Source: a virus (Duplodnaviria > Caudoviricetes). Taken from it: a stretch of DNA of 64,000 nt. The notes under the pieces are model-generated. The model was not told the origin of the DNA. It saw nothing but the letters and a program-made list of their open reading frames with translations, and searched no databases. The position numbers were made by a program, and so were the translations under genes. Shown here in pieces: positions 1 to 10,023 of this stretch (the first letter of the stretch is position 1; each line of letters starts with the position of its first letter). The stretch covers positions 1 to 64,000 of IMG/VR virus record IMGVR_UViG_3300027807_000003. One strand, 5' to 3'.

Positions 1-851
1 GGACAGACCCGCCGCCCTCTGGAATCCTTTCTCGGCAATAGTCGTAGGATCTGGGGGGTTTAATAATTTCTCTGCCCCAATTCTCTCTAAGGTGCGATCG
101 CTAGCAGTAAAAAATCCACACCGACAACCATAAGCACAACTAGGGGTAGCGATCTTCCAGAAGGGGTGTGTAGCGGGTATGGCTTTATTATGTAATGCCA
201 AATGATTGGGACGGGGGACTACACTATCACGGTGAACCCATACCCACCAAGGACGACTCTGGAGAATTTCCGGTGAGGTTGCCTGCTGATATCGTCCGGC
301 AGCATAACTCCGTCTGAGGTTGGTATCAAGAATGGTATAGAGTCGGCTATCACTAGCTCGCCACCCCCGACGGCCAATTAATCTTTGGAACTGCCTTTTA
401 AAAGTATCTAAATCCGCACCATCCTCAATGTGCTTATTAACCAACCATCTAGCATCATCAAGTAAGTCACCCCGTGTTAGTCCAGAGATGGTAAAAGCTA
501 TATCATGCTGCTCTGCTGTAAAGTCATCCCACCTCTGTGTGGGGATTACTAACTTTTTCCGAAAGTAATCAATTTGCTGCTGAAAAGGCAGTTTGAACCA
601 ACTGGGGTATTTAGCATCTTCTCTACCCCCGTCACCCTCGGCATCCCCGTCATCTACGGTGTCGGACATCCCGGCTAACTTACTCAGGGTTATCCCCTGC
701 TGCAATCCTTGAGTAAATTTGGTCCCACTTATCTTTGGGTAAAGTGACGGCAGGCGATCGCTCAACTCATCAAAACTAGAAAACTGATTAATATGTTCAC
801 TTAGACTAGCGATCCACTGATTTACCCCTTTGGTGACGAGGGGGAGTTTTT
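1..851 (-). CDS. Phage Mu gpF / SPP1 gp7-like head morphogenesis protein (MuF), 3' end outside the window; absent from the ORF track
   Basis: Manual translation, open to base 1: WFKLPFQQQIDYFRKK...AFTISG...LDTNLRRSYAAGRYQQ...HRDSVVPRPNHLALHN...HPFWK...PSCAYGCRC. First in-frame ATG at 669, but the frame is open back to 897 and joins ORF 822-1013 by a -1 shift. Confidence 0.9.
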
Positions 852-1013
852 TTTTACGATTAAATCTGGGACATCTGAGGGATCTACAGAGTCCTTTTTA
901 GTTAATGCTTCTGGTTCCTCGAAGGTGACATAGGTAGGCTCGATAAACCGTAGGTAGTCTAACTCCTGCTGCTCCTCCGGTGTTGTTTCTGTAATTAGTT
1001 CTATGGGGTTCAA
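822..1013 (-). CDS. 63-aa ORF, probable N-terminal leader of the MuF gene (frameshift at A9 tract 847-855)
   Basis: ATG overlaps the portal stop (ATGA); ends shortly after GTA AAA AAA AAC. Confidence 0.6.
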   Translation of the reverse strand: MNPIELITETTPEEQQELDYLRFIEPTYVTFEEPEALTKKDSVDPSDVPDLIVKKNSPSSPKG

Positions 1014-4000
1014 GCTTCCTCCAAGTGGATGCGTTTAATACCGTTTTCTCCGTCTTCTACACCAGTTACCCTACCTCGCCATTTGTGCGGGAGGACTACT
1101 TCTTTCTCCTTGGCAGTCTTGGAGAAGTCTTTAATTATCCTACCTGACTTAGCCTGAATCCGGTACTCAACCTGAGTTGACGCTTCGTGGGGGAGCGATC
1201 GCACTCCGGCTTTTTCGGCTAATTCTTCGTATTTACTGGCTTTGGCTGAGGCACCTTTGGTTTTACCAATTAGCACATCAGATTTACTCTGATCACCATA
1301 GTTACTGGTTTCTTTCCCTGTAAGGTCGGTGCTAGTGGAAGTAAAACCATGCATGACAACTACTTTCCCAACTTGGTATTTATCCACATCCTGAGTTGGG
1401 ATGCGAGTATCACGCCTTAGCTCACCTTCGTAAGTGGGTACTTTCTTAAGCGCTTGGTGGAAAATCTTGGCTTGGAGCAGCTGCTGTTGGGCAGTTTCAC
1501 TGGTGGGGTCTACCTGCAACCCACGTAGTGCTCCATTCATCCCAATGTATCCATTACCCGTGTAATGGTTAATTGCTTTAAATTCATGGGGAGTCATATC
1601 GGGGGCGATCGCCTTAGCTTTGTTGTAAGCTTTTACCTCATTCTCATATCGCTGCCGTAGGTAATGATTCTGTGGTAGTTGTACAGCTTCGTGGGGTTTA
1701 AGAGCAAAATTTAGGTGTTTGTCGGAGTTAGCTAGTTCCTGCTCACTAACAGAAAGTGGCGCATCTAAGTCCCCAATTTTAACGGGGTTCCCTTTCTTAA
1801 ACTTAGCTTTATTTCCAGCTTTAGCCTGCTTTAGTGCTTTCTCGGACTCCCTCAGTTCTGCTTCTGCCTTGGGAATGTCAACTTCTTTTAAGCGTTTGTA
1901 AACTGCTGCTTGCTGTTGAGTATTGACACTCTTACCCATTTCCTCTAACTGAGATTTTTTCAGTTTCAGGTTTTTGGCAGCTTCTTTAAACCTCTGTTCA
2001 TGATGCTCAATTGTGGCCGCAGGTTCTTCCTGTACCTGCGGATTTTCTTGCTGCTGTTGAGCAGGGGGTAATTTCTGTTTCCTGATCCGCCTAATAGCTT
2101 CACCAAAACTAGGCTTTGGTAGTTCGTCTTTTTGCTCTGATGGAGGTTCAGCTATTTCTGTTGGTGGTACCTCTGGAGGTTTCTCTGGGGGTTGCTCAGG
2201 TGGTTTCTCTTTTTTCTTCTTACCCGGCTTCCCTTTTCCCGGCTCAGGTGGTTTCTCCGGAGGTTTCTCAAATATTTCTGGTGGACTCTCTGGAGGTTCA
2301 GGGGGTTTTACTGGCGCTTTCTTCCTTACCTTTGGCTCAATCTTGGGAGCTTCTTGTACCTTTGGCTTAGGTATGGGATCTCCCTGTCTCTGGCTTAAAG
2401 CTAATGCTCCCGCAGCACCACCCACAGCTAAGGCTCCTACACCACTCACGGTAGCGATCGCAGCTATGGATTTAGCCCTTTTGTGCCCCTCATCTTCTTG
2501 GTGTAACGCTGAATGATGGGTTGTTTTCCGTAAATATTTCCCGCCTTTCACCCGGTGATCATATACCCAGTGGTACCCCGGTGGTGCATTTACCAGAGAA
2601 TCTGTCTTTGTCTCCCCTGCCCACTGATAAGCCAGTACAGATGCCTGCATCCCTGGCTTAATCCCAAAGTTGTACACCCCGTACGGACTAGTAAATTGCC
2701 CAAAAATCTCTTGTTTCTGGTTAGTCTGCCACCGATCTAGGTTTACTACCCCTTCAGGAAACCCAGTCTCAACTACTCGCAGCACTTCAGTGTCGCTCAA
2801 ATTCTCCAATTTAATCGGAACCACCACAGTCCCATTTTCCAAGTCAGGGATTTTCACCCCACACCCACAATCACCCACCCCATCTTGGCGATAGCTCTTA
2901 AACTCATCTGTACCAACAGGTTCTACTCCCCCAAATCTTTCTAACCCAGCATGGTAAACAAACGCTTGCTTTACCTCTTGGGGAGAATTGAACCCTAAGA
3001 AATACTTAGGCTCATCTACCATCCCTGTGTCAGGGTGGATTTGCCGCACTTTGTACCCATTGGGTGCAGAAGTTAAGTTTTTCTCATTTACATACACATC
3101 AAAAGCTTTACCATCAGGTGCGTCCCCGTATGACCCCCGAATGTGCCCATAAGACGATAGCATTGTCTTCCCGTGGGAAAATCGTTTATCCCCTGGGGCA
3201 TGAGTAATCCCAATAGGTACATTATTCCAGTGAATTACCCGCTTTGGACGGGTAATTTCCTGCCTATCTTGGATATCTTGAAGCAAAGTATTCCCATAAA
3301 ATGACGAGTCGCCGCGATCGCCCCCACCACCTCCGTCATCATCCCCGTCATCCCCGTCATCGTCCTCAAAATCCTCCCCCTCTGTATCTGCCGAATCATC
3401 ATCGTCATCCCCGAATCCTGATTGCTGTTGTTGGGCTTGCTGCTGCTGCTTCTGAAACTTAGCCCAAGCTTTAGCATCAAGATTGGTTTCCATGCTGAAA
3501 GTAGACCCAAACCGGGAATTTCTGATTTCTTCCGGGGTAACTACCCCCGCTTGCAGGTAGGCGGTGTCGGTGGTGGCTTGGGTACCCCGTAAGCTTGCTT
3601 CTTCCTCTTCACTCAAGTGCTTGATTGAGGGGAAAATTAAATCCCATTCGTCTGGTTCTTGCCCCTTGGTGGGACCTTCCTGAGATAAGAAAATATATCT
3701 CCCAAGTACTTCTAGCTTGGGTTTCCACTCGGTTTCTTGAAATTCCCTTACATCATTTGCCCAGTTATTCTCCTCACTCTCCCCAGTGGCTCCCAACCCT
3801 GATGGTGATTCCCCGAACAGGCGATCATGGGGAATACCTGTCGCGCCAATAAAAGAATCGCGCTGCTCTCGGTTAATGTCCGACACCCCCGACACGTTGC
3901 GGCTAGGAAAATCAATTGCTTCACCGTCAGCATCTACCGCTAGTCCCCCAAACACAGAGGTCATCATCCGCAGCAGGGTGATGTGATCCTTCAGCAAATT

Positions 4001-4795
4001 AACTTCCTGGTCTTTGACCATCTTGGCCAGACCTTTGAGTTTATACACAAACACCGAGGCATCCTGAAGAATCGCTCCCGATGCCTTTAACCCCGTTTTC
4101 CAGTCGCGGTACTCCTCCCAGAGGGTATCAATCATGGAATGTCCCCACCCTTGGTTAAATTTCATCTGGTCAGGGGTGGCATAATTCCCAGAATCAAAAC
4201 GTAAAACTCGTGATTTATGAATTAGGTAAACTGATGCCCCATCTACTACGTCTGCAAATTCCCGTAGCAGGTCATCAGGCAAAATCAACTGATAAAATTC
4301 GGGATCAACTGCACTATACCCCGTCGTCACAAATGGCTGAATTTTCCACCTATCTAGAACCATTAAGCGATCTATCCGCTTAATTCTCTTGGTATTAACT
4401 GGCTTGGTGGCAGGTTGCCCATCTTCCACCACCATAATAATTACGGCACCGCCATAAATATTAGCTTGGGTCTGAGCATCAAAAAAATGCTCCTTCACCC
4501 TCAATCGCTTCTGTTCTTTTTGGAACTCCCGAACCAATTTATTTTTCTTGTTCTTATCTTCTTCGGTACCCAAAGACAACCGCCAACCCTTGACTGAGGC
4601 ACTTTTAGGTCTGGCTGTAACGATCCGATTAATAATTGGGACACCGGCAATATTCTCAACAATATTCTTGGGCCACCGTATCACCAACCCCGGAATAGTG
4701 TACTCCACGCGATCGCGATCCGTACCCATCCCGGTCATCGCATTACGAAGGGTAGCGTCGTATCTAATTTGTTCGTCTAAGGTATCTTCATCCAT
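1010..4795 (-). CDS. DUF1073-family phage portal fused to an InPase-like domain, a hydrophobic helix, a Pro-rich/coiled-coil linker and a VIP2/ExoS-type ADP-ribosyltransferase
   Basis: Portal motifs MTGMGTDRDR, IHKSRVLRF, GIPHDRLFGESPSGLGATGESE; InPase YGHIRG..DGKAFDVYV..DEPKYFLGF; ART YTGNGY.GMNGALR, R..STS..EKE. Confidence 0.85.
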   Translation of the reverse strand: MDEDTLDEQIRYDATLRNAMTGMGTDRDRVEYTIPGLVIRWPKNIVENIAGVPIINRIVTARPKSASVKGWRLSLGTEEDKNKKNKLVREFQKEQKRLRVKEHFFDAQTQANIYGGAVIIMVVEDGQPATKPVNTKRIKRIDRLMVLDRWKIQPFVTTGYSAVDPEFYQLILPDDLLREFADVVDGASVYLIHKSRVLRFDSGNYATPDQMKFNQGWGHSMIDTLWEEYRDWKTGLKASGAILQDASVFVYKLKGLAKMVKDQEVNLLKDHITLLRMMTSVFGGLAVDADGEAIDFPSRNVSGVSDINREQRDSFIGATGIPHDRLFGESPSGLGATGESEENNWANDVREFQETEWKPKLEVLGRYIFLSQEGPTKGQEPDEWDLIFPSIKHLSEEEEASLRGTQATTDTAYLQAGVVTPEEIRNSRFGSTFSMETNLDAKAWAKFQKQQQQAQQQQSGFGDDDDDSADTEGEDFEDDDGDDGDDDGGGGGDRGDSSFYGNTLLQDIQDRQEITRPKRVIHWNNVPIGITHAPGDKRFSHGKTMLSSYGHIRGSYGDAPDGKAFDVYVNEKNLTSAPNGYKVRQIHPDTGMVDEPKYFLGFNSPQEVKQAFVYHAGLERFGGVEPVGTDEFKSYRQDGVGDCGCGVKIPDLENGTVVVPIKLENLSDTEVLRVVETGFPEGVVNLDRWQTNQKQEIFGQFTSPYGVYNFGIKPGMQASVLAYQWAGETKTDSLVNAPPGYHWVYDHRVKGGKYLRKTTHHSALHQEDEGHKRAKSIAAIATVSGVGALAVGGAAGALALSQRQGDPIPKPKVQEAPKIEPKVRKKAPVKPPEPPESPPEIFEKPPEKPPEPGKGKPGKKKKEKPPEQPPEKPPEVPPTEIAEPPSEQKDELPKPSFGEAIRRIRKQKLPPAQQQQENPQVQEEPAATIEHHEQRFKEAAKNLKLKKSQLEEMGKSVNTQQQAAVYKRLKEVDIPKAEAELRESEKALKQAKAGNKAKFKKGNPVKIGDLDAPLSVSEQELANSDKHLNFALKPHEAVQLPQNHYLRQRYENEVKAYNKAKAIAPDMTPHEFKAINHYTGNGYIGMNGALRGLQVDPTSETAQQQLLQAKIFHQALKKVPTYEGELRRDTRIPTQDVDKYQVGKVVVMHGFTSTSTDLTGKETSNYGDQSKSDVLIGKTKGASAKASKYEELAEKAGVRSLPHEASTQVEYRIQAKSGRIIKDFSKTAKEKEVVLPHKWRGRVTGVEDGENGIKRIHLEEA

Positions 4796-4917
4796 GCCTC
4801 TATTTTCGTAGCCAAAATGCAGTGTGGAAGTGAATCTAATATTTCTAGAATCATCTCCACACTGCCCATAAATGCCTAAGCTAGAAGCAAATTAGTCCTA
4901 CATTTTTAGATAAATTT

Positions 4918-5583
4918 ATGGCTCTTGGAGTTGGCTCAGAATCCTACAATCGCCCTTTGGCATCCTCTACAGTTTCCACAAGTATCCCCACTTCCTTTAC
5001 TGTCGGTATTGCTGAAACCAGCGGTAACGAAGTAATTACGATTACGAAACTTGCAAACTTGGATACCGCAAACGTCGCCCAAGTTAGTACGGTGACACTG
5101 GCTACCCCCACGGTTGGCAACACAGTTGCACTTACTGTCACCGCAAACTCAGTGAGTAACCTGTATTTCTACGTTGTCCAAACCGGGGATACAGCCACCT
5201 CTGTCGCGGCTTATTTAGCCAAGATCATCGGCGCAGTTGACCCCAACGTCTCCGCGTCTGCTGCTGCTGGGGTCATCACTCTTACCTCCATAGTCCCTGG
5301 GCAAGCCTTCACCTTGGCAAACACAGGCTCAACAACTCCCTCCAACGTAGTCATCGCCACCACCACTGCTAACTCTGGTACACCTTTGCAGGTACAAACT
5401 GCGATCGCTACCCTGACCTTCAGTGTAGATAGTAATGGCTTCCAATCCATTGCTTTAGGTGGTAACTGGTACACCGGTGCAACTACTCCCGTGGTTGCTG
5501 CTGCTATCCCCACCCTATCAGCTAAAACCCCGGTTTCCTATAACACAATGCAAACTAACAACGGTATCCTACCCCCAGCTTAA
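4918..5583 (+). CDS. Virion structural protein with a tail-sheath-like insertion domain
   Basis: T/V/A-rich; GDTATSVAAYLA...VSASAAAGVITLT resembles the sheath accessory domain. Confidence 0.55.
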   Translation: MALGVGSESYNRPLASSTVSTSIPTSFTVGIAETSGNEVITITKLANLDTANVAQVSTVTLATPTVGNTVALTVTANSVSNLYFYVVQTGDTATSVAAYLAKIIGAVDPNVSASAAAGVITLTSIVPGQAFTLANTGSTTPSNVVIATTTANSGTPLQVQTAIATLTFSVDSNGFQSIALGGNWYTGATTPVVAAAIPTLSAKTPVSYNTMQTNNGILPPA

Positions 5584-6236
5584 TGCGCGACAAAATTAAA
5601 CACATAGAGAGAGTGTGGTTGCAGGTGGGGGATTTTATTTCCCCCACCGCTTTAGCCAAAACAGTAATTATTACCGAGGAATATCTGAGATTTAACTTCC
5701 CCGGTAATTTAAACCTGACTGAATTGTGGGCTATTTCGGGGGCAAAAAAATTCTCTGATCCAGTACCTGCTACCTTCGACTACACTTTTACCTTTAAATC
5801 AGACAAACGGGCAGTACGCCTTAACCATCCCCAGTATGGGCAAAACTTTCAAATCTCCGAACCAGATACTATTTCTGCCCGGTATGTAGTAGATGGTGCA
5901 GACAAGAATACCCCGGCTAAATCTATTGAGATTGTGCCGCAAAAATCCGATGTGAAATATGATGACCAACTATCAATCTCCAAGGATTTACGAGTATTCC
6001 TCGCTGAAAATTTGGTCCACAGTAAAACCGTTAGGGTGGAAGTCCCCTGCCAAGTTATGCAAGTCCAAGCACTGGAGGAACCGCTAGAAGAGGCGATCGC
6101 TCACATGGTCTGCACCTGGAATGATGATAGTGTGCATTACCTAAAATTTGTTGGTAAACCAGAGCCTAATCCTTTTCAAAAACGACTGATGGTTACTCTC
6201 AAAATTACTGGTGTGACAGATGAGGTCTTGTGCTAG
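5583..6236 (+). CDS. Hypothetical protein, putative tail module
   Basis: 217-aa ORF coupled (TAATG) to the structural gene. Confidence 0.7.
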   Translation: MRDKIKHIERVWLQVGDFISPTALAKTVIITEEYLRFNFPGNLNLTELWAISGAKKFSDPVPATFDYTFTFKSDKRAVRLNHPQYGQNFQISEPDTISARYVVDGADKNTPAKSIEIVPQKSDVKYDDQLSISKDLRVFLAENLVHSKTVRVEVPCQVMQVQALEEPLEEAIAHMVCTWNDDSVHYLKFVGKPEPNPFQKRLMVTLKITGVTDEVLC

Positions 6237-6922
6237 TCAAATTAAAGAGTAAAGATGGTAATTTCCAGCTTGTAACTAAAAGTGATATCCCTGCTTCCAG
6301 GTACCAGAAAGTGAGGGGATACCATTTAGAATTGCTCAATGTCATACACAATAAGGAGGGGATGATTTACTGGGAGCCACAACAGATTGTCCCATCGCCA
6401 CCATATCCTGAATTTAGTACCTACCTTTACGAAAAATATTGGCGTTACTACCTCAAAGTATTTGAAGCTTTACACTTAGGAATTAACTGTGACGAACTAA
6501 CTCCCCATTGTCGCCATAACTTTCTCATCTGTAATAGCGATCGCCAAGGGGAAGAAGTAAAATTTAGCCTGTCTTTCCTAGAGCAACTAATGGGGTTCAC
6601 GATGGTCAAAGAACCCCTCCCACCCCCATCTACCAAGACCTTATATCCCAGTACCGGAGACGATTGCTTAGATGTAAAAGCCAGCTTGCTCCTAAATTTC
6701 AAAGCTAGGGCAAACAAAATATGGGAGGCACATTCCCTCGAAGAATGTGTACTAATTTGTAAGCAAGCCGCTGACTGCATGCAACTAGCCCACGGTGAAG
6801 ACAATACAGAATGGCAACCCCTAGCTTGGCATGAACCAGATAGCCCCACCTTTTTATTACAAAAACCGCAAATTATTACCCATCTCCAGCACCTTGGTGT
6901 CCCCATCCCCCGTGACTTTTAA
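6230..6922 (+). CDS. Hypothetical protein
   Basis: 230-aa ORF overlapping the previous gene. Confidence 0.7.
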   Translation: MLVKLKSKDGNFQLVTKSDIPASRYQKVRGYHLELLNVIHNKEGMIYWEPQQIVPSPPYPEFSTYLYEKYWRYYLKVFEALHLGINCDELTPHCRHNFLICNSDRQGEEVKFSLSFLEQLMGFTMVKEPLPPPSTKTLYPSTGDDCLDVKASLLLNFKARANKIWEAHSLEECVLICKQAADCMQLAHGEDNTEWQPLAWHEPDSPTFLLQKPQIITHLQHLGVPIPRDF

Positions 6923-7477
6923 ATGCTAAAACACTCCTCCCCGTACATTTCCTATGTCGATGATTTTGTCAAAGCCGTTAATCAACCATTTGTCCAAACC
7001 CTCGGCATTTCCCTCACAGATATCCGTGATGATGATATTGCCCCTGGCGATCGCTATGGGATTATCACCTTTACCGAAGCTCGACCAGATCGAGCAACTA
7101 ATATTCGTGGGGGAATCGAGCAGTGGGCGATCGCTATGGACGTAATTATTCGCCAAGGATGTGATGGCTATATGTCTGGGGAGGCAGAAAAGTTGAAGCT
7201 ATTCTTGGATCTGCACAATATATTCCCCTCCGAAATTCGGGAAGGATTGCCAACAGGATGGGCAGTTAATTTAAGTTTGAATGGCTCATTTAGATTTAGC
7301 ACCCAAACTTCCCACAAACCAGCAGGAAAACCCACATTTGTTGACCCCTTACCGCAGACACAAACCCAATCTCCCAAATATAATTTTATTATCACTACCA
7401 CCACTTCATTTATTGCTACTGTGTGGATTGGTGTGAATTACGAAGGACAGCAATACATCCCTTATCCCTTAACTTAA
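6923..7477 (+). CDS. Hypothetical protein (possible tail completion protein)
   Basis: 184-aa ORF in the operon; function from position only. Confidence 0.65.
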   Translation: MLKHSSPYISYVDDFVKAVNQPFVQTLGISLTDIRDDDIAPGDRYGIITFTEARPDRATNIRGGIEQWAIAMDVIIRQGCDGYMSGEAEKLKLFLDLHNIFPSEIREGLPTGWAVNLSLNGSFRFSTQTSHKPAGKPTFVDPLPQTQTQSPKYNFIITTTTSFIATVWIGVNYEGQQYIPYPLT

Positions 7478-7481
7478 AAAA

Positions 7482-8051
7482 ATGACTTCATTTAATTTTC
7501 GTGGTAAATCGTATCCTGTATTAGTGGAAAGCTACACCACTACGGATGCAATTAAACTGAGTGAATCAATTGATAATAAATTTAAAGATCCAAAAGACGA
7601 TTCCAGAGCCGCTTATGTCTTTACTAAATTATGCCCCGAATTAGCCAAGGACCTCCCTGGTGTTGTCGCATACAATAGTGAGTTCTCGTTTCTTTGGGGT
7701 ATAGAACTAGCAGAGGCGATCGCCTTCCTTTCCGTTCTGAGTGGTATCACCATGACACGGGTTGCCGACCGTAGTTCCGATCCGGCAACACTTCATCGAA
7801 AAGCCAGAGAAATGGGTGAGCAAGTTGAAGGATTAGTAGAGGAATCTAATCAAGTCTATGCCGAAGCATTACTAGAAAGAATTAGGGAAGAGGAAGGGAC
7901 AATCGACGTGCGCTCGCAAGAAGTTCCTAAAGTTACGATAACTCCAAAAACTACAAAGGGTAAAGCGATCGCCCCCAGTGATAAAGCTTCCAGAAAAGCT
8001 AAATTACTCCAAGAAATTCAAGAATTAGAAGGATCTCCAGATGGTGAATAA
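7482..8051 (+). CDS. Hypothetical protein (possible tail chaperone)
   Basis: 189-aa ORF in the operon. Confidence 0.65.
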   Translation: MTSFNFRGKSYPVLVESYTTTDAIKLSESIDNKFKDPKDDSRAAYVFTKLCPELAKDLPGVVAYNSEFSFLWGIELAEAIAFLSVLSGITMTRVADRSSDPATLHRKAREMGEQVEGLVEESNQVYAEALLERIREEEGTIDVRSQEVPKVTITPKTTKGKAIAPSDKASRKAKLLQEIQELEGSPDGE

Positions 8052-8649
8052 ACCAACAAAATCTGAGGGAAAAGGTAAACCCGCGATCGCTCCTCCAGTA
8101 CCGATGGACCCCCGTATCCTCACCCCCTACGGATTCAATGCTAAAAAGCATGAGCCAGAGCAGGTGACAAAGCTGGCAAATATTTTGAAGGAATATGGGC
8201 CAGATCAACCCATCGTGGTTGATGAGAATCATGTAATCCTCAAAGGGCATGGGAGGCGATTAGCAGCCATTGAAGCTGGACTAGAAACTTTCCCGGTGAT
8301 TGTCCGCACGGGACTAACTGAGGAAGAAAAACGCATTTTGCGCCTATCTGATAACAAAGTCAACGAATCACCTTGGGACGATAAGCTGCTAATAGCAGAG
8401 TTAGCATATCTTCAGGAAGCCGAAAGCGATCTATCTCTAACTGCATTTGACTCGGAGGAGATTGACAGATTATTCCAAGAATTAGAAGGGGACACCGACG
8501 GGCAACTATATGGTGATGGAGGAAGTGGCAAACTGTTCACCGACGATGAACCTGGTAGTGGTATCCCATCCGGCAATAAACCTATTAACGAAAACAAATT
8601 AAGGACTTCCAGAAAACATGAGTGTCCAGAGTGCGGCTACCAGTGGTAA
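8041..8649 (+). CDS. ParB/Srx N-terminal domain protein with C-terminal CPECG zinc knuckle
   Basis: PYGFNAKKH...QPIVVDENHVILKGHGRRLAA...LSDNK. Confidence 0.9.
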   Translation: MVNKPTKSEGKGKPAIAPPVPMDPRILTPYGFNAKKHEPEQVTKLANILKEYGPDQPIVVDENHVILKGHGRRLAAIEAGLETFPVIVRTGLTEEEKRILRLSDNKVNESPWDDKLLIAELAYLQEAESDLSLTAFDSEEIDRLFQELEGDTDGQLYGDGGSGKLFTDDEPGSGIPSGNKPINENKLRTSRKHECPECGYQW

Positions 8650-9649
8650 ACCTACCGTCGTCGATGTTTTCAGTGGTTGCGGCGGCTCAAGCCTGGGCTA
8701 CAAGTGGGCTGGATACCGGGAACTACTAGCGGTTGAATGGGATAAAAACGCCATAGATACCTTCCGCCTTAACTTCCCGGAAATCAATATTTTTGCTGGT
8801 GATATCTGTAGATTGGGGGGTGGACGTGCCCTAGAAATCACCGGATTAAAACCCGGTGAGCTAGATGTGTTCAATGGTAGCCCCCCCTGCCAAGCTTTCT
8901 CCAAAATGGGCAACACCAACCTCAAGGACTCCAGGGGTAAGTTATTTACTGAATATATTCGCTTGCTAAACGTCTTCAAGCCCAAGGTATTTGTTGCTGA
9001 GAACGTCGTCGGGCTAATCACGGGCAAATTCAAAACTTTTTACCTGGATATCATGAGCCAGCTACGTGAGTCTGGCTATAACGTCGAGGCACAGGTAATG
9101 GAATGCAAGTATTTTGAAGTCCCCCAAATGCGAGAGCGTGTCATCATCATTGGGGTGCGATCCGACCTCAACCTCCTCCCATCCCACCCCCGACCATACG
9201 CTAAACCCATCACCTTTAAAGATGCGATCGCTAACCTAGTCATCCCCCCAGACGAACCCCCCTATCACCCAACAGACCAAGAGCTAGAACGCTGGCATAT
9301 CCTCAAACCAGGTGAGAATCAAGCCCTAACAAAATACGGTTGGATGAGAGCAGCACACGTCAAACTCCGGTGGGACCAAGTCGCTCCCACCTTGGTTACA
9401 AGCCACGGATGTTTACCATTCCATCCCTCCGAACCCCGTCGCTTACTGGTGTGTGAAATAGCCCGATTAGCTACCTTCCCAGATAACTTTAAATTTATTG
9501 GTACTCGCTTTGAGCGGATCGCTAGAATCGGTAACTCTGTCCCTCCAAAATTAATGTATGCGATCGCTAAACACATTAAAGAAAATATCTTGAATAGCGA
9601 TCCGACAGCGATCCGATCCGGCGATCCGATAAACGCACGTTTTAGCTGA
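8618..9649 (+). CDS. DNA cytosine-C5 methyltransferase
   Basis: FSGCGG, GSPPCQ, ENV, QMRERV, IGNSVPP motifs. Confidence 0.95.
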   Translation: MSVQSAATSGKPTVVDVFSGCGGSSLGYKWAGYRELLAVEWDKNAIDTFRLNFPEINIFAGDICRLGGGRALEITGLKPGELDVFNGSPPCQAFSKMGNTNLKDSRGKLFTEYIRLLNVFKPKVFVAENVVGLITGKFKTFYLDIMSQLRESGYNVEAQVMECKYFEVPQMRERVIIIGVRSDLNLLPSHPRPYAKPITFKDAIANLVIPPDEPPYHPTDQELERWHILKPGENQALTKYGWMRAAHVKLRWDQVAPTLVTSHGCLPFHPSEPRRLLVCEIARLATFPDNFKFIGTRFERIARIGNSVPPKLMYAIAKHIKENILNSDPTAIRSGDPINARFS

Positions 9650-9943
9650 TCCGGATCAGATCATAGCTAATCATGCTCAATTATTTCTAATATACTAATT
9701 CCTGATCCGGCCCATGCCGTGCGATAGAAAATACCAATGCTTATGCTGAGTTTGTAATAGCCTGGTTAGCTATCATGCTTAGGTTAAAAATGATTTTTCA
9801 TGCGATATATTTAACGCTCAAACTTTAAGCATGACAGCTACTAACTGATGAATGTTAAATGTCTTAACAATTATTTACAAAAGCTAGAATACTTACACAG
9901 TAAGGATTACAGCCGATGGATAAAAGTAGTTTTTAGAAAAAAC

Positions 9944-9972
9944 TTGACACCAAAAAACTATACTAGTAGATT
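9944..9972 (+). promoter_or_regulatory. sigma70-type promoter opening the early region
   Basis: TTGACA-N17-TAGATT upstream of 10024. Confidence 0.65.
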
Positions 9973-10023
9973 GGAACAACCTACCTTAATGTAGGTAAAA
10001 ACAATTTTCAAAAGGACAAAGAG

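Noticed and set aside
1719-4811. Plus-strand ORFs within the portal gene, and other shadow ORFs across the window
   Set aside because: Antisense or out-of-frame to well-supported genes, with no motifs
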